The notes beneath the pieces were generated by a model, which saw only the letters and a list, made by a program, of their open reading frames with translations, was not told the DNA's origin and did no database searches. From assembly GCA_043801585.1 (NCBI GenBank), contig JAZDLX010000184.1, positions 1-64,000 on the forward strand: a DNA stretch of 64,000 nucleotides, given 5' to 3'. Within the stretch, counting starts at the first letter, position 1. The number at the start of each line of letters is the position of its first letter. This DNA is from a bacterium (lineage in GTDB: Bacteria > Electryoneota > Electryoneia > Electryoneales > Electryoneaceae). Positions 37,325-48,615 of the stretch are shown here, in pieces. A program made the position numbers and the translations under genes.

Positions 37325-37938
37325 TGAACGGCAGGTTGAACGTTTTCTTCCTCGACAATGTGGACTCCTTCGTTTTCAACCTCGTTGATGAATTCTCCCG
37401 GCGGAGGTGCAATGTCCAAATCTGGAGAAACACGATCTCCGTTGAACGGGCACTCGGCCTCCTCGCCACAATGCCGGAGCCGAAACTGCTGGTGATCAGC
37501 CCGGGGCCCGGATCGCCGGGAGAGGCGGGATGCAGTGTTGAATTGATCCGTCGCCTGCCGGTGGAGATCCCGATGCTGGGTGTCTGCCTCGGTCACCAGG
37601 CACTGATCGAAGCCTATGGCGGGATCGTAGGTCCCGCGGGTGAGATCGTTCACGGAAAATCATCCCTCCTCACCCACGACGGCACCGGCCTGTTCGAGAA
37701 CATTCCCAGCCCGATGATGATCGGACGCTACCATTCTCTTTCGGCACTGAAGATGCCGGCATCGCTGCGAGTAATCGCTTCCCTGGGCGGCATCGTGATG
37801 GCTGTCGAGCACGAATCACGACCCCTCTGGGGAGTGCAGTTCCATCCGGAATCCATTCTCACCCCGCACGGAGGACGACTTCTCGAAAACGTCTTGAGAA
37901 GAGTCGTTACCCCCGTCAAGGAGGTACAGCATGCATGA
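37324..37938 (+). CDS. trpG: Anthranilate synthase component II (glutamine amidotransferase)
   Basis: LDNVDSF, SPGPG, GVCLGHQ, RYHSL and QFHPES motifs. Confidence 0.95.
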   Translation: MNGRLNVFFLDNVDSFVFNLVDEFSRRRCNVQIWRNTISVERALGLLATMPEPKLLVISPGPGSPGEAGCSVELIRRLPVEIPMLGVCLGHQALIEAYGGIVGPAGEIVHGKSSLLTHDGTGLFENIPSPMMIGRYHSLSALKMPASLRVIASLGGIVMAVEHESRPLWGVQFHPESILTPHGGRLLENVLRRVVTPVKEVQHA

Positions 37939-38941
37939 CTACCTCGACAGAGTAGCGAACCGTCAGGCGTTGAACGGTTCTGAAATGGAAGAGATTTTCA
38001 GCGCCATGGTCGCGGGCGAACTGGAACCGGTTTACATCGCTGCTCTGCTGGTTGGCCTGCGAACGAAGGGCGAAACCCCCGAAGAAATCGCCGGAGCGGC
38101 AAAAGCCCTGCGCGACCACGCTCTTCCCTTTCCCGCACCATCCGGAACCTTTGTGGATGTTTGTGGAACTGGCGGTGATTCCTCGGGCACGATCAACATT
38201 TCCACCGCCGCTGCCGTGGTGCTGGCGGAAATGGGAATTCCTGTTGCCAAACATGGCAATCGTTCCGTTTCGTCAAAATGCGGGTCCGCGGATCTTCTCG
38301 AAGCATTTGGCGTAAAGTTGGACCCCGAACCTGCAATAGCGCGGAAATGTCTTGATGAGGTGGGGATTTGCTTCCTCTTTGCGCCGCAGTATCACAGTGG
38401 CCTGCGTCACGCCATGCCGATCCGCAAGGCGCTGAGAATGAGGACCATTTTCAACATCCTCGGCCCCCTTGCGAATCCGGCACAGCCGCCAGTGCAGTTA
38501 ATGGGAGTCTACGATGCAGCATTGGTTGTTCCCATTGCCAAAACGTTGAGTCATCTCGGCGCTCAAAAATCTCTCGTTGTCCACGGCGATGGACTCGACG
38601 AAATCAGCGTCTCTGCCCCGACGACAGCGGCGATGTCGACGAATGGGACCGTCGAAACACTCGAAATCATCCCGGAGGAAACGGGACTTAAACGGTATCC
38701 ACAAGAAGCGTTGGCAGGTGGAGACGCAGCGGAAAACCGGAAGTTGATCGAAGCGCTTTTATCCGGAAAGGGATCTCCCGCCCATGAGGCAGCGGTGGCT
38801 ATCAACGCCGGGGCCGCAGCCTGGGTCGCCGGAACTGCATCATCTCTTCGGGATGGCACTCAGTCAGCCCTCGAAACCATCCGTTCAGGCAAATGCATCG
38901 AACGGGTAAACCAATGGGCGGAGATCTCACATGGTTCTTGA
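37931..38941 (+). CDS. trpD: Anthranilate phosphoribosyltransferase
   Basis: DVCGTGGD..NIST, KHGNRSVSSKCGSADLLE, RTIFNILGPLANP and GLDEIS motifs. Confidence 0.97.
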   Translation: MHDYLDRVANRQALNGSEMEEIFSAMVAGELEPVYIAALLVGLRTKGETPEEIAGAAKALRDHALPFPAPSGTFVDVCGTGGDSSGTINISTAAAVVLAEMGIPVAKHGNRSVSSKCGSADLLEAFGVKLDPEPAIARKCLDEVGICFLFAPQYHSGLRHAMPIRKALRMRTIFNILGPLANPAQPPVQLMGVYDAALVVPIAKTLSHLGAQKSLVVHGDGLDEISVSAPTTAAMSTNGTVETLEIIPEETGLKRYPQEALAGGDAAENRKLIEALLSGKGSPAHEAAVAINAGAAAWVAGTASSLRDGTQSALETIRSGKCIERVNQWAEISHGS

Positions 38942-40316
38942 CAGAATCATCGAACACAAGCGCCAGGAGGTCGATGACCAGCAGCGGAACCTGCCACTCG
39001 AGCAGTTTCTGGACCGGATCGATCCCAGCAATCGTTCCTTTCTCAAGGCGATCACCCGCGAACACACGGGCTTCATTCTCGAGGTAAAAAAGGCGTCGCC
39101 GTCACAAGGATTGATCCGGGAGGATTTTGACCCACTCCTGATCGCGGAAGCGTACGCGCCGTTTGCGGATGCGATCAGTGTCCTGACAGACCGGAAATTC
39201 TTTCAGGGCAGCTTCCAGACGCTCGAAATCATACGCGGCGTAGCGCCTCAACCCGTGCTCTGCAAAGACTTCATCCTTGAGCCCTACCAGGTGTACAAGG
39301 CGCGGCTGCATGGCGCCGACGCCGTTCTGCTGATGCTTTCGGTGCTTGACGATAATGAGTATTTGGCGTGCAACTCGGCCGTCGAGGAATTGCAGATGAG
39401 TGCGCTCGTCGAGGTGCACACACCGCAGGAGCTGGAGCGGGCAAGGAAACTCGGCGCGAAAATCATCGGGATCAACAATCGAAACCTGAAGACACTCGAG
39501 GTTGACCTTGACACGACACTCCATCTCGCTCCGGAGGCAAAAACCTTTGCGGATGCCGTTGTCTGTGAATCGGGCATTCATTCGCATGATGACGTGCTCC
39601 GACTACGGGATTGCGTGGACGCCTTTCTGGTCGGGACGAGCCTGATGGCGCGGCCGGATCTCGGGTTCGCTGTCCGGGAAATCATCTTTGGCCCAACGAA
39701 AGTGTGTGGATTGACACGCGTGGAAGACGTCCGCGCGGCCCAGGCAGCGGGAGCCGTGTACGGCGGCATGATTTTTGCCGAAAATTCTCCGCGTCGAATA
39801 ACATCGGAACTCGCAATAGAACTGAACCGGGGGGCACCCCTGCGGTGGGTGGGAGTATTCGTGAATTCACCGGTGGAAACGGTGGCCGATCACGCTCACA
39901 GGCTGAACCTCACCGCAGTCCAGCTCAACGGAGATGAAAACGGGGAGTACATCCACACGCTTCGTCCCCTGCTGCCCGGAAGCTGCGAGATCTGGAAAGC
40001 GCACCCTATTGCGGACAGGATACCGACGCTGAAAATGGACGGTGTCGACCGGCACTTGCTCGATGCCTTCGACCCGGTCATGCGTGGCGGCACAGGAAAG
40101 ACGTTCAATTGGACATTATTGAACGGCACGGACCGCAACAAGATCATTCTCTCGGGTGGTTTGAATCCGACCAACGCCGCTCAGGCGGATCGCGTTGGCG
40201 CTGCCATTCTTGATGTCAATTCCGGAGTCGAACAGGCGCCGGGCCGAAAAGATCCCAGGAAGCTGACAGAGTTTTTCAGAGAACTTCGGGGAGTGCGCAC
40301 AGGGGGAGAACGATGA
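38931..40316 (+). CDS. trpCF: Bifunctional indole-3-glycerol phosphate synthase / phosphoribosylanthranilate isomerase
   Basis: [26 protein letters not shown] and ESGI (TrpC), followed by [20 protein letters not shown] and DVNSGVE (TrpF). Confidence 0.96.
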   Translation: MVLDRIIEHKRQEVDDQQRNLPLEQFLDRIDPSNRSFLKAITREHTGFILEVKKASPSQGLIREDFDPLLIAEAYAPFADAISVLTDRKFFQGSFQTLEIIRGVAPQPVLCKDFILEPYQVYKARLHGADAVLLMLSVLDDNEYLACNSAVEELQMSALVEVHTPQELERARKLGAKIIGINNRNLKTLEVDLDTTLHLAPEAKTFADAVVCESGIHSHDDVLRLRDCVDAFLVGTSLMARPDLGFAVREIIFGPTKVCGLTRVEDVRAAQAAGAVYGGMIFAENSPRRITSELAIELNRGAPLRWVGVFVNSPVETVADHAHRLNLTAVQLNGDENGEYIHTLRPLLPGSCEIWKAHPIADRIPTLKMDGVDRHLLDAFDPVMRGGTGKTFNWTLLNGTDRNKIILSGGLNPTNAAQADRVGAAILDVNSGVEQAPGRKDPRKLTEFFRELRGVRTGGER

Positions 40317-41503
40317 GACAGAATGGACGATTCGGCAAGTGGGGCGGTTGTTTCGTGCCCGAGATCCTGCTCCCTGCGCTCGAACAACTCGAAGCCGCGT
40401 GGCTGGATTTTCGCGAGAACGACAGCTTCCGCAAAGAACTCGACACCCTGCTGCGCGATTATGCCGGGCGGCCGACACCCCTTTACTGTTGCCGGAATCT
40501 CGCGGCGGACACACCCGCGCAAATCTGGCTGAAACGAGAAGACCTTCTCCACGGCGGGGCACACAAGACCAACCAGGTGCTGGGGCAGGCTTTGCTCGCA
40601 CGCCACCTGGGAAAGACCCGGTTGATTGCGGAGACGGGTGCAGGACAGCACGGCGTCGCCACTGCGTTTGTCGGCGCTCTGTTTGGTTTCGAGACGGTGA
40701 TCTACATGGGGGCGAAGGATGTCGAGCGCCAGCGGCAAAACGTTTTTCGCATGGAGCTGATGGGCGCTGCTGTGATCCCGGTGACCAAGGGATCGGCCAC
40801 GTTAAAAGACGCGATCAATGACGCGATGCGTGACTGGACAGCGAGCTATGAGACAACCCACTACATGCTCGGGACGGTTGCAGGCCCGCACCCCTTCCCC
40901 AGTATGGTACGTGATTTTCAGAGCGTCATCGGAAACGAAGCCCGCAACCAGATACTAAGCAAAACAGGACGCCTTCCCGATGAAGTGATCGCCTGCGTGG
41001 GTGGCGGATCCAATGCCATCGGCATCTTTCACGCCTTCCTTGACGACCGGGATGTAACTCTCGTCGGAGTGGAACCGGCAGGACGCGGACTCGCAACGGG
41101 GCAGCATGGAGCATCTCTCGAACTTGGAACGCCCGGTGTACTTCACGGTTCGTTTACCCACCTGCTGCAGAACGGCGATGGTCAGGTTGAGGAATCCTAC
41201 TCCATCTCAGCGGGATTGGACTATCCCGGAGTGGGACCTGAACACGTCCACCTGCGGGAAACAGGCCGAGCCACCTATACATCGGCGACAGACGAAGAGG
41301 CTCTGAATGCGTTCGAGGCTCTCGCACGCCACGAGGGCATCCTCCCCGCGCTTGAGTCCGCCCACGCCGTTGCCTACGCATTGAAGCGGGCGCGAGAAAC
41401 AAGGGAAGAATCCATTCTGCTCGTCAATCTCTCCGGGCGCGGCGACAAGGATCTCGAAACCGTTCGCAAGGCGCTTTCAACTGAGACGATGGAGGTGGCG
41501 TGA
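40313..41503 (+). CDS. trpB: Tryptophan synthase beta chain
   Basis: [49 protein letters not shown] and NLSGRGDKD motifs. Confidence 0.98.
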   Translation: MRQNGRFGKWGGCFVPEILLPALEQLEAAWLDFRENDSFRKELDTLLRDYAGRPTPLYCCRNLAADTPAQIWLKREDLLHGGAHKTNQVLGQALLARHLGKTRLIAETGAGQHGVATAFVGALFGFETVIYMGAKDVERQRQNVFRMELMGAAVIPVTKGSATLKDAINDAMRDWTASYETTHYMLGTVAGPHPFPSMVRDFQSVIGNEARNQILSKTGRLPDEVIACVGGGSNAIGIFHAFLDDRDVTLVGVEPAGRGLATGQHGASLELGTPGVLHGSFTHLLQNGDGQVEESYSISAGLDYPGVGPEHVHLRETGRATYTSATDEEALNAFEALARHEGILPALESAHAVAYALKRARETREESILLVNLSGRGDKDLETVRKALSTETMEVA

Positions 41504-42321
41504 GCGCACGCTATGAAAAGATGTTCCGTCGCCTTGGCGATCTGGGAGAGATCGCATTTGTCCCGTTCACGGTGCTCGGCGACCCGAACCCGGAAGCGAG
41601 CCTTGAGGCCATCCGGGCGATGATTTCGGGGGGGGCCGATGCGCTCGAACTTGGCATTCCCTTTTCCGATCCGGTGGCGGACGGCCCGACGATTCAGGCG
41701 GCAGACATTCGGGCTCTCTCCTCGGGGTCGACCGTTCATTCAGCATGGAATCTGATTTCGAGGATACGAACCGAGAATCCCGATCTGCCCATCGGTCTGC
41801 TCCTTTACGCCAATCTCGTCGTGCACGGCGGACTGGAAGCCTTCTACCACAACGCCTTGAAAGCAGGTGTGGACTCGGTGCTCGTCGCCGATTTACCCAC
41901 TCTTGAAGCGATCCCATTCTGCACGGCTGCGCGGCGTGCGAGTATTGATCCCGTTCTGATCGCTCCACCAAACGCAGATGTTCAGCGGCTCGAAATCATT
42001 TCCCGAGAGGGCCGTGGGTACACCTACGTGATCACTCGGCGGGGAGTCACTGGAGCCGACGAACAGGTTCACCTGGACCACACCGCACTGCTCGATACGC
42101 TGCAAAGGTTTCAGGCGCCTCCCCCACTTTTCGGCTTCGGCATCTCGAAACCCGAACATGTGCTCGCAGCGAAATATGCCGGCGCCGCCGGTGTGATCAG
42201 CGGTTCGGCTGTCGTCTCCCGTATCGAAAGAAATCTTGGGGACATCGATTCCATGGTGAAGGACATCCATGATTTCGTCGTGGAGATGAAGGCGGCGACT
42301 CGCAACGGAGGCCGGTCATGA
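41500..42321 (+). CDS. trpA: Tryptophan synthase alpha chain
   Basis: [27 protein letters not shown] and ISGSA motifs. Confidence 0.98.
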   Translation: MSARYEKMFRRLGDLGEIAFVPFTVLGDPNPEASLEAIRAMISGGADALELGIPFSDPVADGPTIQAADIRALSSGSTVHSAWNLISRIRTENPDLPIGLLLYANLVVHGGLEAFYHNALKAGVDSVLVADLPTLEAIPFCTAARRASIDPVLIAPPNADVQRLEIISREGRGYTYVITRRGVTGADEQVHLDHTALLDTLQRFQAPPPLFGFGISKPEHVLAAKYAGAAGVISGSAVVSRIERNLGDIDSMVKDIHDFVVEMKAATRNGGRS

Positions 42322-43412
42322 TTCTCAGCCATTTGACATTTATCCGAGAGTCCAGCAGCCGCATTCTTCTCGAATCCGGAGCGAGGAGCCACCTGAGCAA
42401 CTTCGTCGATCTCGATTTTGTGACGAGCGCCACCCTGATCGCTGATACGAACGTTTACTCGTTCCACGGCTCCGAAGTCCGTGATTCGCTCGAACACCTT
42501 TTCGGATCGGTTACCGTGATCACAGTCCCTCCCGGCGAAGGCAGCAAGACCCGGGACACCGTGGCCAAAATTCAGGATCGACTGAGCGAAGAGAAGGTTG
42601 ACCGCCGAGGTCTCGTCGTCGGGTTGGGCGGAGGTGTGACGCTCGATATTGCCGGGTATGTCGCAGCGACCTATCTGCGAGGCATTCCCTGGATTGCGAT
42701 GCCGACCTCTCTGCTCGCCCAGGTGGACGCGGGAATCGGTGGCAAGACCGGTGTCAATACGAGCAAAGGAAAGAATCTCGCTGGCGCGTTTCATCCACCT
42801 TTGCAGGTCATCATCGACCCTGAGGTCCTGAATACTCTCCCCTTGATTGAATGGAGAAATGGACTCGTGGAAGCGGTCAAACATGCCTGGATTGCCGATG
42901 CAGATCTGTTCTCACTGTTCGAGAACACTGCTTCATCCCTGAAGAGCGGCCCGGACTCACATCTTCATGACTGGCTAAATGCAGCGATCCAAGTAAAAAT
43001 ATCTGTTGTTGCTGAGGATCCTTTTGAACTGGGAAAGCGCTCGATCCTTAACGCCGGGCATACAGTCGGTCACGCCATCGAGGCGGCGACCGATCATGCG
43101 ATCAGGCATGGATTCGCCGTTGCGAGAGGTCTTGTTGTCGAATCGAGAGCGGCTGGCGAAAGAACCGGATTGCCTGTGGATCACATCCGGAGACTCGAAC
43201 ATCTGCTGGAAGAGCTGGAGGTGCTGCCGCCTACAAACGGCATCGATTTCGACTCTCTCCTCCCCTTCCTGCTTCGTGACAAAAAGAATCAGCGGGATCA
43301 TGTTCGCATCTCCCTGCCGGCGAGCCTCGGCCGTTCCTCTGCGATTGATGGTTCGTGGACGATTGACGTGCAACCGGACGCGTTGCGCCACGCCTGGGAG
43401 AGTTTCCAATGA
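42318..43412 (+). CDS. aroB: 3-dehydroquinate synthase
   Basis: GEGSK, GGGVTLDIAGYVAATYLRGI, PTSLLAQVDAGIGGKTG, KNLAGAF and LNAGHTVGHAIE motifs. Confidence 0.95.
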   Translation: MILSHLTFIRESSSRILLESGARSHLSNFVDLDFVTSATLIADTNVYSFHGSEVRDSLEHLFGSVTVITVPPGEGSKTRDTVAKIQDRLSEEKVDRRGLVVGLGGGVTLDIAGYVAATYLRGIPWIAMPTSLLAQVDAGIGGKTGVNTSKGKNLAGAFHPPLQVIIDPEVLNTLPLIEWRNGLVEAVKHAWIADADLFSLFENTASSLKSGPDSHLHDWLNAAIQVKISVVAEDPFELGKRSILNAGHTVGHAIEAATDHAIRHGFAVARGLVVESRAAGERTGLPVDHIRRLEHLLEELEVLPPTNGIDFDSLLPFLLRDKKNQRDHVRISLPASLGRSSAIDGSWTIDVQPDALRHAWESFQ

Positions 43413-44845
43413 TCTGTGTGACAGGTCTTGAACGGACGATAGCGGAACTGGCCCGCCGACTCGAACAGTATTCCGGGCAGTTGCAGGAAGTGCGGCTGGA
43501 CGCGCTCGACCGGATCGAAGAAGATATCTACCACCTGCTGAAACTTCACGATCCGTTGATCGTCACCTGCCGCGGGACAGCCGAGGGAGGACTGTTCACG
43601 GGAACGCCCGGAGAGCAATCGGAGATCCTGCATCGTCTGCTCATCTCCAACCCAGCCTATGTCGACCTCGAGACGAGCATCCCGTTAAACATCCGCAGGA
43701 CACTTGAACATGCCGGGCAGAACTCTCGAATCATCACGTCGCATCATCAGTTCAAAACCTCCTTGACGATTCGAAACGATCTCCTGAAGCTCTCCGATGA
43801 ACCGGGCGATCTGTTGAAATATGCAGTTCAGGTCGGCGACGCGGCGGAATTGCTTCCGCTCCTTGAGACGCAGATTCCGGATCACCGCCCCTTCCTGCGC
43901 ATCGGGATGGGCGATGCGGGAATGATCACGCGCGGACTCTTTTCCTCGTTCGGATCGCCATGGACGTACGTCACCGCGGATTCCTCCACTTCATCTGCAC
44001 CGGGTCAGTTGACCGTCGAACAGGCAAAGCGGTGGCGGATCGACTCCCTTTCCCACCCTGCACCATACGGGTTGATTGGAGGACCACAGGTCATCCACTC
44101 GCCGGGAATGGACGTCTACAACCAGTTGTTTGCAGGTTACGGTGTGGATGCCCTGTATCTGCCCATTATTACCGCTCGCCTCGGGGATACCCTTCCTTTG
44201 CTGAAGGCGCTCGATTTCGCGGGACTCAGCGTCACCATGCCCGCGAAGATCGCCGCTTTGGAACTCTGCGACGAACGATCCGAGGAAGCGGTTGCTGCTG
44301 GTGCGGTGAACACTATCCTCTTTAATCACAAACAGTTCATCGGCGACAACACGGATGTTACGGCCTTGCGCGAACTGCTTCGTGACGAGACAGGAAAGGT
44401 CCTTATCCTCGGTGCGGGCGGTGTGGCGCGAGCCGCCCTTGCGGCTGTGGGACAACGGGGAATTGTGACCGCCCGTGACCCGGAACGCGCAACAGCCGTC
44501 GCCGGTATGTTTGGCGCTGCGACTCTGGAGTGGGAGCACCGCGATCGATGCGGCGCGAGAACAATTGTCAACGCCACTCCCCTCGGCATGGACGGCATCT
44601 CCAGCCCCCTTCCCGCGGAGACTCCACTTGCGGACAAACGGATCATCGACGTTGTGATGAAACGGGACGGCACACCGTTGACGCGCCGTGCAAAGGAGGC
44701 CGGAGCAAAAGTCGTGGACGGTTTCGAGATCTGGGTGCGACAGGGTGCTGCACAGATGAGCAGATTCCTCGACCGCAAGGTCACCGCAGGAGAGTTGCGA
44801 ACGCTCCTCGACGAGCTTCACGCTGGAGCATTCAATGGACCTTAG
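43409..44845 (+). CDS. aroE: Fused type I 3-dehydroquinate dehydratase / shikimate dehydrogenase (AroD-AroE)
   Basis: N-terminal EVRLD, VTCR..EGG, YVDLE, SHH, GMG and APGQ (AroD type I). C-terminal HSP, SVTMPAK, GAVNT, GDNTD, LGAGGVARA and VNATPLGM (AroE). Confidence 0.9.
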   Translation: MICVTGLERTIAELARRLEQYSGQLQEVRLDALDRIEEDIYHLLKLHDPLIVTCRGTAEGGLFTGTPGEQSEILHRLLISNPAYVDLETSIPLNIRRTLEHAGQNSRIITSHHQFKTSLTIRNDLLKLSDEPGDLLKYAVQVGDAAELLPLLETQIPDHRPFLRIGMGDAGMITRGLFSSFGSPWTYVTADSSTSSAPGQLTVEQAKRWRIDSLSHPAPYGLIGGPQVIHSPGMDVYNQLFAGYGVDALYLPIITARLGDTLPLLKALDFAGLSVTMPAKIAALELCDERSEEAVAAGAVNTILFNHKQFIGDNTDVTALRELLRDETGKVLILGAGGVARAALAAVGQRGIVTARDPERATAVAGMFGAATLEWEHRDRCGARTIVNATPLGMDGISSPLPAETPLADKRIIDVVMKRDGTPLTRRAKEAGAKVVDGFEIWVRQGAAQMSRFLDRKVTAGELRTLLDELHAGAFNGP

Positions 44846-46028
44846 GCTGTCGATCTCCGCCCCCGCCTCGAAGAGTGCGACCCAGCGGGCTCTGTTCCTG
44901 TCGACGCTCGCGTCAGGAACGAGTACGCTTCACGGACCGCTCGACTGCGAAGACAGCCGGGCTCTCGCAGATGCTTTACGCGGTTTGGGTGTGAAGATCG
45001 ATCAGCAATCGGACCGGTGGATCGTATCTGGAGACACTCTGCAAGCGGCTTCGGCGACCCTGTACTGCTCAAACGCGGGAACCTGCATCCGTTTTCTGGC
45101 GGCGGCGTCTCTGCTGTTGCCATCATCGGTGACACTGGACGCCGGAGAGCAGTTGCGGAAACGGCCGTTGCAAGACATTGCGGATGCTCTCAGACGTGCA
45201 GGAATGCACGTTGAATTCACGGATCGTGAAGGGTTTGCTCCGCTTACGATCACTCCTGGAGATTCCATCCGTAACGAGATCGAGCTGGATGCCAGCCGCA
45301 CCAGCCAGTTCCTTTCGGGCCTGTTGATGGTTGCGCCTCGCTTGGGCGGTATAAGTATCCGCACCGGAAAACATCTGGTCTCGCGTCCCTATGTGGATCT
45401 GACGCTCGCCCTGATGTCGGCGTTCGGAGGACCTCCTGTCCGTGAACATGAAAACGTTTTTTTCGTACCGGCGGGAGCCTACCAGGCGTGCGACATGACC
45501 ATCGAGGGCGACTGGTCCGCCGCCGCGATGATCCTGACAGCGGGCTGGATTTCCGGTCTGAAAATAGACATCCCCAATCTGAATTCTGAAAGTGTCCAGG
45601 GCGACCGGGCGATCGTTCTGTTTCTGGAAGAACTGGGGAGGCCCCGCCATCACCGTTTCGACCTGGCGATATGCCCTGATCTGATCACTCCGCTCGCAGT
45701 GGCCTGCGCATTTGCGGAGCATCCCAGTGAGATTCGGAACGTTGCACATGCCCGGATCAAGGAAAGTGACCGGATTGCCGCCACGGTCCAAATGCTGAAC
45801 GCTGTTGGCGTCGCGGCCGAACAACTTGCAGATGGATTGCTCATCACGCCGGGAGGTGCTTTTCACCCGGCAACCGTCGAGGATCATGGCGATCATCGCG
45901 TCGCCATGGCGGCGGGGGTGATTTCTTTACGCATCCCCGGAGTGAAACCGACAACCCCGGAATGCGTAAAAAAATCCTACCCGAATTTCTGGAATGTCAT
46001 GGAGGAACTGCGATGTTCCTTACGCTGA
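44835..46028 (+). CDS. aroA: 3-phosphoshikimate 1-carboxyvinyltransferase (EPSP synthase)
   Basis: PASKSATQR, NAGTCIRF, SQFLSGLL, SRPYVDLT, EGDWS, RIKESDRI and GDHRVAMA motifs. Confidence 0.94.
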   Translation: MDLRLSISAPASKSATQRALFLSTLASGTSTLHGPLDCEDSRALADALRGLGVKIDQQSDRWIVSGDTLQAASATLYCSNAGTCIRFLAAASLLLPSSVTLDAGEQLRKRPLQDIADALRRAGMHVEFTDREGFAPLTITPGDSIRNEIELDASRTSQFLSGLLMVAPRLGGISIRTGKHLVSRPYVDLTLALMSAFGGPPVREHENVFFVPAGAYQACDMTIEGDWSAAAMILTAGWISGLKIDIPNLNSESVQGDRAIVLFLEELGRPRHHRFDLAICPDLITPLAVACAFAEHPSEIRNVAHARIKESDRIAATVQMLNAVGVAAEQLADGLLITPGGAFHPATVEDHGDHRVAMAAGVISLRIPGVKPTTPECVKKSYPNFWNVMEELRCSLR

Positions 46029-46534
46029 TCGGTCCCCGTGGCGCAGGGAAAACAACTCTCGGCCGTAAGCTCGCCGACCGAGTCGGAGTGAGCTTCACTG
46101 ATCTCGACACTGTGATCGAGTGGAAAGAGGGGCGTTCCGTGCCGGACATCTTTGCACACGGTGGCGAGGCTGAATTTCGAATCCTGGAACGGGAAGCATT
46201 CGAAGAAATGCACTGCCGCGATGCAACGATTCTGGCGACAGGTGGTGGAGTCATTTTTCATCCGGAGACTCAGATTGAATTGGGAATCACGGGGAAAACG
46301 ATTCTCCTGCTCGCCGACCCGATAGTTCTTGCGGAGCGGATACGGGGTTCTGAACGTCCCAGCCTCACGGGTCTGGACGCGGCGAGTGAGATTGGACAGG
46401 TTCTCGCCGAGCGCCGTGAGATCTACGAAAAGTGCGCGGCGCGTACGATTGACACAACAATCCTTTCGATTGAAGAGGCGGTCGATGTCCTCGAACACAT
46501 TTGGAAATCTCTTTCGGGCGACCAGTTTCGGTGA
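46013..46534 (+). CDS. aroK: Shikimate kinase
   Basis: LIGPRGAGKTT P-loop, DLD, GEAEFR..E, ATGGG and RPSL motifs; ATG at 46013 with GGAGGA upstream. Confidence 0.92.
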   Translation: MFLTLIGPRGAGKTTLGRKLADRVGVSFTDLDTVIEWKEGRSVPDIFAHGGEAEFRILEREAFEEMHCRDATILATGGGVIFHPETQIELGITGKTILLLADPIVLAERIRGSERPSLTGLDAASEIGQVLAERREIYEKCAARTIDTTILSIEEAVDVLEHIWKSLSGDQFR

Positions 46535-47570
46535 GTCCCATGGTGCAGGCATTGGCGTCGTCATCGATGGCGTGCCACCGCGCCTGCGTCTCGACCTGGA
46601 GGCCATCCAACTCCAGCTCGACCGACGCCGTCCCGGCCAGAGCAGAGTAACAACATCGCGATCCGAATCGGACCGTGTTGAGGTTCTCTCCGGACTCCAT
46701 GAGGGGGTTACCACCGGTGCGCCTCTAACCCTGTTCGTTCGGAACAGCAACACCCGGCCGGAAGACTACGAAAATCTTCGCAACACCTTCCGCCCCGGGC
46801 ATGCGGATTTCACCTGGTACAAGAAATACGGAGTCCGTGATTATCTCGGAGGCGGACGCTCCTCCGGACGCGAGACCATCGCCCGGGTGGCGGCGGGCGC
46901 GGTGGCGAGGCAGATCCTCGCGGTTCATGGAATTTCCGTTCTCGGATACGTCGTTTCGGTGGGAGACGTCGAAGTTGAATCGTTTGACCCTGCTATCATC
47001 GAATCGAATCCTGTGCGCTGCGCGGACCCTGACGCCGCCGCCCGGATGGAAGCCCTGATTCTTCGCGTGAAGGAAGATGGCGACTCGGTTGGTGGAATCG
47101 TCGAGGTCCGCTGCCAGGGGGTACCTGCCGGACTCGGCGATCCGGTGTTCGACAAACTGGATGCCCTGATTGCCCGGGCAATTCTTTCCATCGGTGCGAC
47201 GAAAGGGATCGAATTTGGATTGGGGTTTGCAATGGCTCGAATGCGCGGCAGCCAGGCTCACGATCCGATCCGTCCAGATGGAGTCGATGGCGACCGGGCG
47301 GGAGGCATTCTCGGCGGTGTCTCAAACGGAGGCGATATCGTTTTCCGTGTTGCAGTGAAACCACCTGCGTCAATTGAACTCGAACAGGATACCGTCACCC
47401 TCGACAATCAACCCCACCGCATCGCCGTACAGGGGCGTCATGACCCTTGCATCGCACCGAGATTGGTTCCTGTTGCCGAGGCGATGACGGCGCTCGTGCT
47501 TGTCGATGTATTGATGAGACAGACGGCACTTCGAGGAGTACTGCCGGAAGATGGTGATAACGATGCTTGA
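46485..47570 (+). CDS. aroC: Chorismate synthase
   Basis: Start at MSSNTFG; GESHG, RRRPGQ, RPGHAD, GGGRSSGRET and GRHDPC motifs. Confidence 0.97.
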   Translation: MSSNTFGNLFRATSFGESHGAGIGVVIDGVPPRLRLDLEAIQLQLDRRRPGQSRVTTSRSESDRVEVLSGLHEGVTTGAPLTLFVRNSNTRPEDYENLRNTFRPGHADFTWYKKYGVRDYLGGGRSSGRETIARVAAGAVARQILAVHGISVLGYVVSVGDVEVESFDPAIIESNPVRCADPDAAARMEALILRVKEDGDSVGGIVEVRCQGVPAGLGDPVFDKLDALIARAILSIGATKGIEFGLGFAMARMRGSQAHDPIRPDGVDGDRAGGILGGVSNGGDIVFRVAVKPPASIELEQDTVTLDNQPHRIAVQGRHDPCIAPRLVPVAEAMTALVLVDVLMRQTALRGVLPEDGDNDA

Positions 47571-48615
47571 TGAACTACGCAACCAGATACGTGAAGTAGA
47601 CGCCTCGATAGCGGAACTGATCGCCAGGCGCCTCGATCTTGCACGCCGTATCGGCGAAGAAAAGGTGAAGCTCGGTCTGCCTGTACGGGATTTCGCAACC
47701 GAAAAACGTGTACTCGAAACGATGGACCGGCACGCCGAAAGACTTGGGATCGACCGTGAAATCCTCGAGGGAGTTGTCTTGCAACTGATTCGGGGATCGG
47801 TTCAACTGCAGAGCCGCAACCGGGTTCCGCTTCACTCGCGTGGCAACCTTCGTGCGGCTGTCATCGGTGGTGATGGCCACATGGGAAAATGGTTCGAGGG
47901 ATTTCTCTCGTCGCGCGGTTATGACGTGATCATTATCGAAAAGGACGATGATCTCCGACTGTCGCTTGAGTCCGATCTGATCGTCGTTTCTGTGCCCCTT
48001 GACAGGACGGGGGAAGTCCTCAGGCGGATCGCCGGCGAAAATCCGCGTGGCATTATCATTGAAGTCGCCAGTCTGAAATCCGATTTCGTGGATCAAATCC
48101 CCGAGTGGATCGAGAGCGGGATGCGTATCGCATGCATCCATCCCATGTTCGGTGCGGAGGCCGATCTGCTGGCGGGTCAGAACCTGATCGTCTGCGAATC
48201 GGGATGCAAAGAGGCGGAGGATGCTGCCGCGGATCTTTTCTCGGATTCGGCGGTCCATGTTGTCCGTATCCCGCTCGCGGATCATGATCGCATCATGGCC
48301 TGGGTACTCAACCTCCCCCACCTGCTGAATCTGCTGGCGGCCGATCTTCTTTCAGCATCGACTGAAGATCATGAACGGCTGCGTGAATTCGGTGGAACAA
48401 CATTCAACCGTCAGCACGCTGTGACAAGTGAGGTGGTCTCGGAGAATCCCGATCTCTACTATCACATCCAGCACATTAACCGTCATCGCGGTGAATTTTT
48501 TAACCATTTCCGCGAGAGTCTTCAGCGTATCATTGGGGTTATCGAACGAAATGACAGGGAAGCGTTTGTGAAACAGATGAACGGATGGAGCCGCTGGTTT
48601 CGAGGGGAACGATGA
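47563..48615 (+). CDS. tyrA: Fused chorismate mutase (AroQ) / prephenate dehydrogenase
   Basis: LDELRNQI.EVD..I..LIARRL.LA..IGEEK..L (CM), then IGGDGHMGKWF, EVASLK, IHPMFG and HDRIMA...LPH (PDH). Confidence 0.9.
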   Translation: MLDELRNQIREVDASIAELIARRLDLARRIGEEKVKLGLPVRDFATEKRVLETMDRHAERLGIDREILEGVVLQLIRGSVQLQSRNRVPLHSRGNLRAAVIGGDGHMGKWFEGFLSSRGYDVIIIEKDDDLRLSLESDLIVVSVPLDRTGEVLRRIAGENPRGIIIEVASLKSDFVDQIPEWIESGMRIACIHPMFGAEADLLAGQNLIVCESGCKEAEDAAADLFSDSAVHVVRIPLADHDRIMAWVLNLPHLLNLLAADLLSASTEDHERLREFGGTTFNRQHAVTSEVVSENPDLYYHIQHINRHRGEFFNHFRESLQRIIGVIERNDREAFVKQMNGWSRWFRGER

